Of a stretch of 64,000 bases of DNA, positions 60,220 to 64,000 are shown in pieces (the stretch's first letter is position 1; every line of letters begins with the position of its first letter). The notes under the pieces are model-generated. The model was not told where the DNA came from, searched no databases, and was given only the letters and a program-made list of their open reading frames with translations. The translations under genes and the position numbers were made by a program. The DNA is from Amoebidium appalachense (lineage: Eukaryota > Protista > Ichthyosporea). Location of the stretch: assembly GCA_963693365.1 (NCBI GenBank), contig CAVNZM010000002.1, positions 6,025,443 through 6,089,442 on the forward strand, in the 5' to 3' direction.

Positions 60220-61345
60220 CCTTGCAAAAATATCCCTGATTATCTTTCGGGATATATCACGAAAATATCGAATGTTGCCCTGAATATCACAAAAATATCC
60301 CGGCAAAAGCCCCTGATTATCTTTTGAAAATATCTTAAGGCCCCTGATTATCACGATTCTTCACCATGATAGTATATAAAGGCTTTCGTTTTTTCTTTTT
60401 GTGGTGGGAAGGGGTCCCACTCAGGGGAACGTGACAGTGTGTGTGTGTAGTGCGGCCTTGTCTATTCCTACTGCTGTGAGAGTGTGGGGACATCATGATC
60501 TCCCCCCGCTTTCCGCGGAGTTTCTCGCTTGAGGAGTGGTTTCTTCGACATCTGGTGGCCCACTGCAACGTACGGTGACTTCTACACGCTATCTACGCTT
60601 CTACGCGAGCTATTGGCGGTGGGCTGCTGCAACTTAAGCTTCTTCAACTGCTTCTGCGCTGCGTGAGTGGAGGGGTAGCTACTGGGTCGTCGAGGAGCTT
60701 TCCTTGTGGCTGCCTTGTTTTCAGCCTTCAGCAGTATGGCAATGACGGGGTTTGCTTGCATGCATTCTGTAGTTGTGTTTTCCTGTGTGTCCTGCCACAA
60801 CTAGGCCACCTTATCAAAGAGTTAGAGACAGCTTCTGCGGGTTTTCTAGGGGACGGGCCCGTGGGGATTGTTTTCTCGCTTGGATTTGGTCTGCATTGCT
60901 CTTTAAAGGGCTGACTTCCTTGCTGTGCCCCGGTAGGTTTTGAGGGGGGCCTGTTGGGGGGCAGCAGTAATGACGTCTTCTTGCGGAGTGTGGCCTGGTC
61001 ATCATCGCTGCATATGACTAGTTGGAGCAAACTAGTTTCACGCATACACGTGCACTTGTTCCTTTGCCCGCTGGTGTCCTTTGGTCACTTGTTGTTTTAT
61101 TTTTTTTTTCATCGCTGTGGCTTTTTCGACGTCGGTTATTTTGGTGGTCATGTAGCCTGTTGCTAACACGTTGCCTGCATACCCACTGGACCACTGATCA
61201 ATAAATCCCAGTCAAGAGAAGAAAAAAAATTATCACGGGATATATATCAAAAATATCTCGACTTTGACCTGATTATCAAGTAAAATATCCCGATTTTTTG
61301 CCCTGAATATCACGAAAAATATCCTAATGTTTACCTAACGGGATT
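60220..61345. repeat. Dispersed array of CCCTGAWTATC / AAAATATC motifs (transposon-subterminal-like), split by an insertion
   Basis: The motifs recur at 60225-60355 and again at 61229-61325. Confidence 0.6.
60356..61228 (+). mobile_element. ~870-bp retroposed insert (SINE-like or truncated retroelement) with A-rich tail and 9-bp TSD ATTATCACG
   Basis: ATTATCACG occurs at 60347-60355 and 61229-61237. The 3' end AATAAATCCCAGTCAAGAGAAGAAAAAAA resembles the LINE tail AATAAATCCAGTCAAAAGAAAGAAAA. Confidence 0.7.
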
Positions 61346-61354
61346 TTGTTCCGA

Positions 61355-63175
61355 TTTTTTTCCTTTTTCTTTTGACCGGATTTATTCGATGGAAAGATAT
61401 GCAAGTATGCACGGCATACTGAGAAGACAATAAAAACTTCACGAGTTATCCTGTAACAAGTGCATACTGAGATCATACCTGAACACTGTGTGAAAATGTT
61501 TCATATAAAGACTCAATGTGACGACCAACAGAATTCAACAAAAAGTCTAAAGTGGTCACATTGCCTGCCAGTGTAGCAGACACCCGTAGGGAAAGAGGTA
61601 AAACGCGACATAAAAACTCACACCTATCAACATGCTTGCGATTAAAAAGTTCAGCACAAAAGTGGCACCAGCGGCGATGGAAACAAAAATTACAACGCCA
61701 CTGCACAACTTCCCAGGCAATATCGACATCAGAGCACCATACAGACTTATCTACTAGCTATAGGGTGGTATCCATACGTACAGCAGGAGAAATATATAAT
61801 CCTGCCAAAGCTCCCAAGATGCGATAATGATCAGTACGGTGTTGCCTAAGGAACATAACACATGCCGACTGAGTTTTACCTTTGATTTCTCTATCAGAAC
61901 GAGAAAGAAACTTATACTGCGTATGGTAATAACACGAAAAGGCAGAAAAAACAGGAAGAGAAAAGAAAGAGGGAGTGAGATAGCGAGAGGAAGAATCAGG
62001 TTGAAAGACTCGGAGGGTTGGCTGAGGACATTTAGAAGTAGCGTTGGTGAATCGGGGGGAAGAGGGATGGAGGGAGGGGGGGGGGGGAAGAAAGCATAAA
62101 GATGGTGACCATCAGGTATCCTAACTAAATGAAAACAAAAACGAAGAGACAATTCCTCCATACGACAAACAGCAGACGACAATCCAAACATACTGATTAA
62201 GGGAGGCACAAACCGAGTACGAAACAAAGTGCGCAGCGCAGTACCCTGAAAATCGTCGAACTGTTTCAGCGCCACGGCCGCCTCGCGAGGTGGGGCGCAG
62301 GCTGAATAGCGGAAGTCCATATTCGAAAGTCGGCCGTAAAAAGTTCTATAGTAGAGAAGAACGTTCGCAGGATGGATCACAGACTCCCGTTGAAACATAT
62401 TTGACACGATGTGAAGCTTACCCTTTGCACGAGCGATCCGTGCCGTGAGGAGCTTGCGGAAGTCAATACCCCGTGCAGTAAAAGGAATACCCAAATAGTC
62501 ATAGGTGCTCTGAACAGGAATAGGAAGACCGGCCAATCGAAAGGAAGCGTTTTTCGAAAAAGTAGCACACTTTGCAATTCCGACTGTCATGAGATTCTTG
62601 GTGCACCATTGATCCACCTGACGAAGCATCTGGTGCATGACATCTTCGGTTGAGGAACAAAGAACAATATCGTCCGCAAAAAGGAGACCCGGTAGACGGC
62701 GGGTATGCAGTTGGCCAAAGGGTTCGAGGGCGCAGGCTAAATCGTCAATGAAAACGTCAAACAACAACGGACTCAGGAGGGACCCCTGCAGAAGACCCCG
62801 AGAACGGGAAAAACCGGGTGTTAATGTTCCATTGACCGCCGCTCGTCCGCGAGTGGTATCGAACAACGCTCGCAGATGACGGCCAAAGGGGGCTGGTAAG
62901 CCCCGCATAGCCAGCTTATGCCATAACAAACCAGTGGGTACGGTGTCGTAGGCGTTTTTATGGTCGATGAAGACAACGTGTGGAGAGCCAGAAGTAATGG
63001 ATTCATGGAGTAACAGACTGTGAGTATAACACGAATAGGCATGACGAAAGCCCCCTTGAAGGGAAGAAAGATGGAACACGGCCATCAGCAATCTCCACCG
63101 GGGATCGTATACCCCTCGTAATGCCATCTCCGATGGCGTAAACCTGTCACCCATCGTAAAGCACACCGCGAGTTC
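61355..63175 (-). mobile_element. 5'-truncated non-LTR retrotransposon (RT plus C-terminal CCHC knuckle), copy B
   Basis: QGGFR...DHKNAYDTV...RGLLQGSLLSPLLF...LLFADDIVL...YDYLGI RT motifs. C-terminal CHFC-x7-H-x3-C (61.6-61.7 kb). AATAAA plus A-rich tail at ~61355-61386. Compensating frameshifts near 62300-62340. Confidence 0.92.
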
Positions 63176-63179
63176 ATAT

Positions 63180-64000
63180 GGAGTGGTTGCACGACCTCTT
63201 TACGATAGTGTAAAGAGTTCCATGGGGTTAACGGAGCGTCTTATGTATATACATTGGATATACGCTTTACGACATCCATCAACCCTCTTTACGACATCCA
63301 TAGGGTTTATGGATGTCGTAAAGCGTATGTCATATGTATATCCTATGTATATCCGATGTATATACATTGCACTATACATAGGATATCCAATGTATATACA
63401 TTGCACTATGCATAGGATATCCAATGTATATACATTGCACTGTACATAAGATATCCAATGTATATACAATGCACTATACATAGGATAACCTATGTATATC
63501 CAATGTATAACCTATGTATATACATACGACTATACATAGAACATACATACGAGAGCGTTACGAGGGGTCGGAAACCCATCGTAATCTTCACCATCCGAGT
63601 ATCCAAACCCATCCCGTTGGATATCTTAAGTATATGTTTAGGAGCGGCTTAATACCATCGTAACCCATGACATATGATATACATCGATGTATTTTACGAA
63701 TTACCAACCATATACATATGATATACATATGGCTGGTCCTGGGGTACATTACGACCCCCATAATACCGTCGTAGACATTTCCATAAGAGCCCGTACACCA
63801 CTCGTATGTATATACATAGCATGTCGTGTATACATCATTACGACAGCTCTTTGCCCATCCATAAGATATCCTATGCATAGCCAAATAATATGTTACGAGT
63901 ATACCATGACTAACTAAATACAATATTACGGAATATCGTAATATACGATTACGAGCTGTCGTAATATCATAATACGAAAAGTAACCACCACCGTTGTGCC
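63180..64000. repeat. AT-rich repetitive region including a ~34-bp tandem unit (CATAGGATATCCAATGTATATACATTGCACTATA) x4-5
   Basis: Tandem units lie at ~63340-63520, flanked by repeated TTACG/CGTAA motifs. Confidence 0.7.

Noticed and set aside
61754-63166. Retron, group II intron, DGR or telomerase-type RT
   Set aside because: The QGSLLSP/FADD motifs, C-terminal CCHC knuckle, AATAAA plus poly(A) tail, 5' truncation and multiple decayed copies all indicate a non-LTR retrotransposon.

Overview
Eukaryotic, intron-rich genomic DNA saturated with (CA/TG)n, (GA/TC)n and poly-G/C tracts. Most entries in the supplied ORF track are microsatellite translations. By inference the host is a unicellular holozoan such as an ichthyosporean, because it has a genuine receptor tyrosine kinase with a non-animal-looking ectodomain. 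By manual splice reconstruction I can support six multi-exon genes: a 5'-nucleotidase/metallophosphoesterase (-), an RDH/WWOX/TIC32-like SDR (+), mRNA cap guanine-N7 methyltransferase (-), TFIIE-alpha (-), a receptor Tyr kinase (+) and an F-box protein (-). There are also one or two orphan genes near 5-7.6 kb. Mobile DNA includes a DIRS-type tyrosine recombinase with a premature stop at the left edge, several decayed copies of one non-LTR retrotransposon family, an ~870-bp retroposed insert with a 9-bp TSD that shares that LINE's 3' tail, and two MITE-like foldbacks. The most unusual observations are a minisatellite built from a tandemly amplified exon/5' splice-site junction in the cap-methyltransferase gene, and the tendency of GT/G tracts to follow donors and CA/C tracts to precede acceptors. 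I saw no prokaryotic system, CRISPR array, tRNA or rRNA. Exon coordinates were read by eye and may be off by a few bases.
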